Source: Callorhinchus milii
Lineage: Eukaryota
Length of the DNA: 64,000 nucleotides
Assembly: GCF_018977255.1 (NCBI RefSeq)
Contig: NW_024704742.1
Span: forward strand, 61,692,001 to 61,756,000
Direction: 5' to 3'
Shown: piece after piece, positions 63,166 to 64,000 of the stretch
Layout: each line of letters starts with the position of its first letter
Position numbering within the stretch: the first letter of the stretch is position 1
The notes under the pieces: model-generated
Seen by the model: the letters and a program-made list of their open reading frames with translations, nothing else
Told to the model about the DNA's origin: nothing
Databases searched by the model: none
Made by a program: the position numbers and the translations under genes

Positions 63166-64000
63166 TTCCCTTTATTTTGTGTGAAAACTGATTTCAGATG
63201 CAGCCAGTACATTTTTTAGTTTCCTTTTGATAATGATGTTGGCAGCGCATTTTTTGAATATTTGCATTCATCACACGACTAACTGGAAAAATAGATCAAA
63301 AAAATCCAGCATAAGGTGACGGATACTGCAGTATGCATGGTTACAAATGCTATAAATCTGTATGTTGAGTGATTGAACTGTTAAACTGTCAGCAACATTT
63401 TCTACTACGTATTCCAGGCAGGTTGCAATGCTGATCTTACAATGTAAGATTGCAGTAGAAGATGTCCGGTAAATACATTCTTTATTTTATGTGCGCATTT
63501 TATGTGTTAGTTCCATCATTTTATCCATCTGTGAAGAAAACACCTTGAATATGCAGTGCATAGACATTCTTTGTTATACTTGAGCAAATTTTCTCTTCAA
63601 ACATATCAACTCTCAGCAGTTCAATTGAAAGGCAGTTGGGACTGCACGGGGGGTTCTATATAAAGTCCTATTTGCTTCATGAAGACCCTAAGATGCTAAT
63701 AGCATGATGTCAGAGGTCTTGCAGGACAATAACAACAACTTGCATTTATATAGCACCCTTTGCGTCTCGGAACGCAATACCTTCATACAAAGGATTAGTG
63801 CAATAAGATGGCTGGCACTAACTTGCTCTTACCATGTCACTGATTTCATCTGGTGCTAGAATTCCTGCCCTTCAGATTAAATGGTAAATCAAAGTCCTAT
63901 CTGCCTGGTGGACATAAAAGATCCCATGGTACTATTTAAAAAGTTATGGGAGTTTCTCCTGGAGTCCTAACTGTTGCCTCATCTGAAGGCTAGCACCTCC

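Overview
Repeat-rich vertebrate genomic DNA. The repeat content (CR1 and L2 LINEs, Deu-domain SINEs) points to a cartilaginous fish, possibly a chimaera; this is an inference. The window holds parts of two + strand genes of the 15-hydroxyprostaglandin dehydrogenase (HPGD/15-PGDH, SDR family) type. Copy A contributes exons 5-7 (11337-20265) and copy B contributes exons 1-4 (42987-60666). All splice sites are GT-AG, and the exon sizes (93/124/107/97 and 77/164/139 bp) match the human HPGD layout as I recall it. The rest is mostly 5'-truncated L2 and CR1 LINE relics plus two SINE families with an L2-like 3' tail. Nearly all ORFs in the supplied track are LINE fragments or noise. Best observations: a tandem HPGD-like pair with Gly at the position of human Gln148; a local duplication whose empty copy reveals a 10-bp target-site duplication around a composite L2-spacer-L2 insertion; a sharp identity step inside that duplication; and modular tRNA-Ala SINEs with a Meta-domain-like core. 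I found no convincing wholly new biological system.
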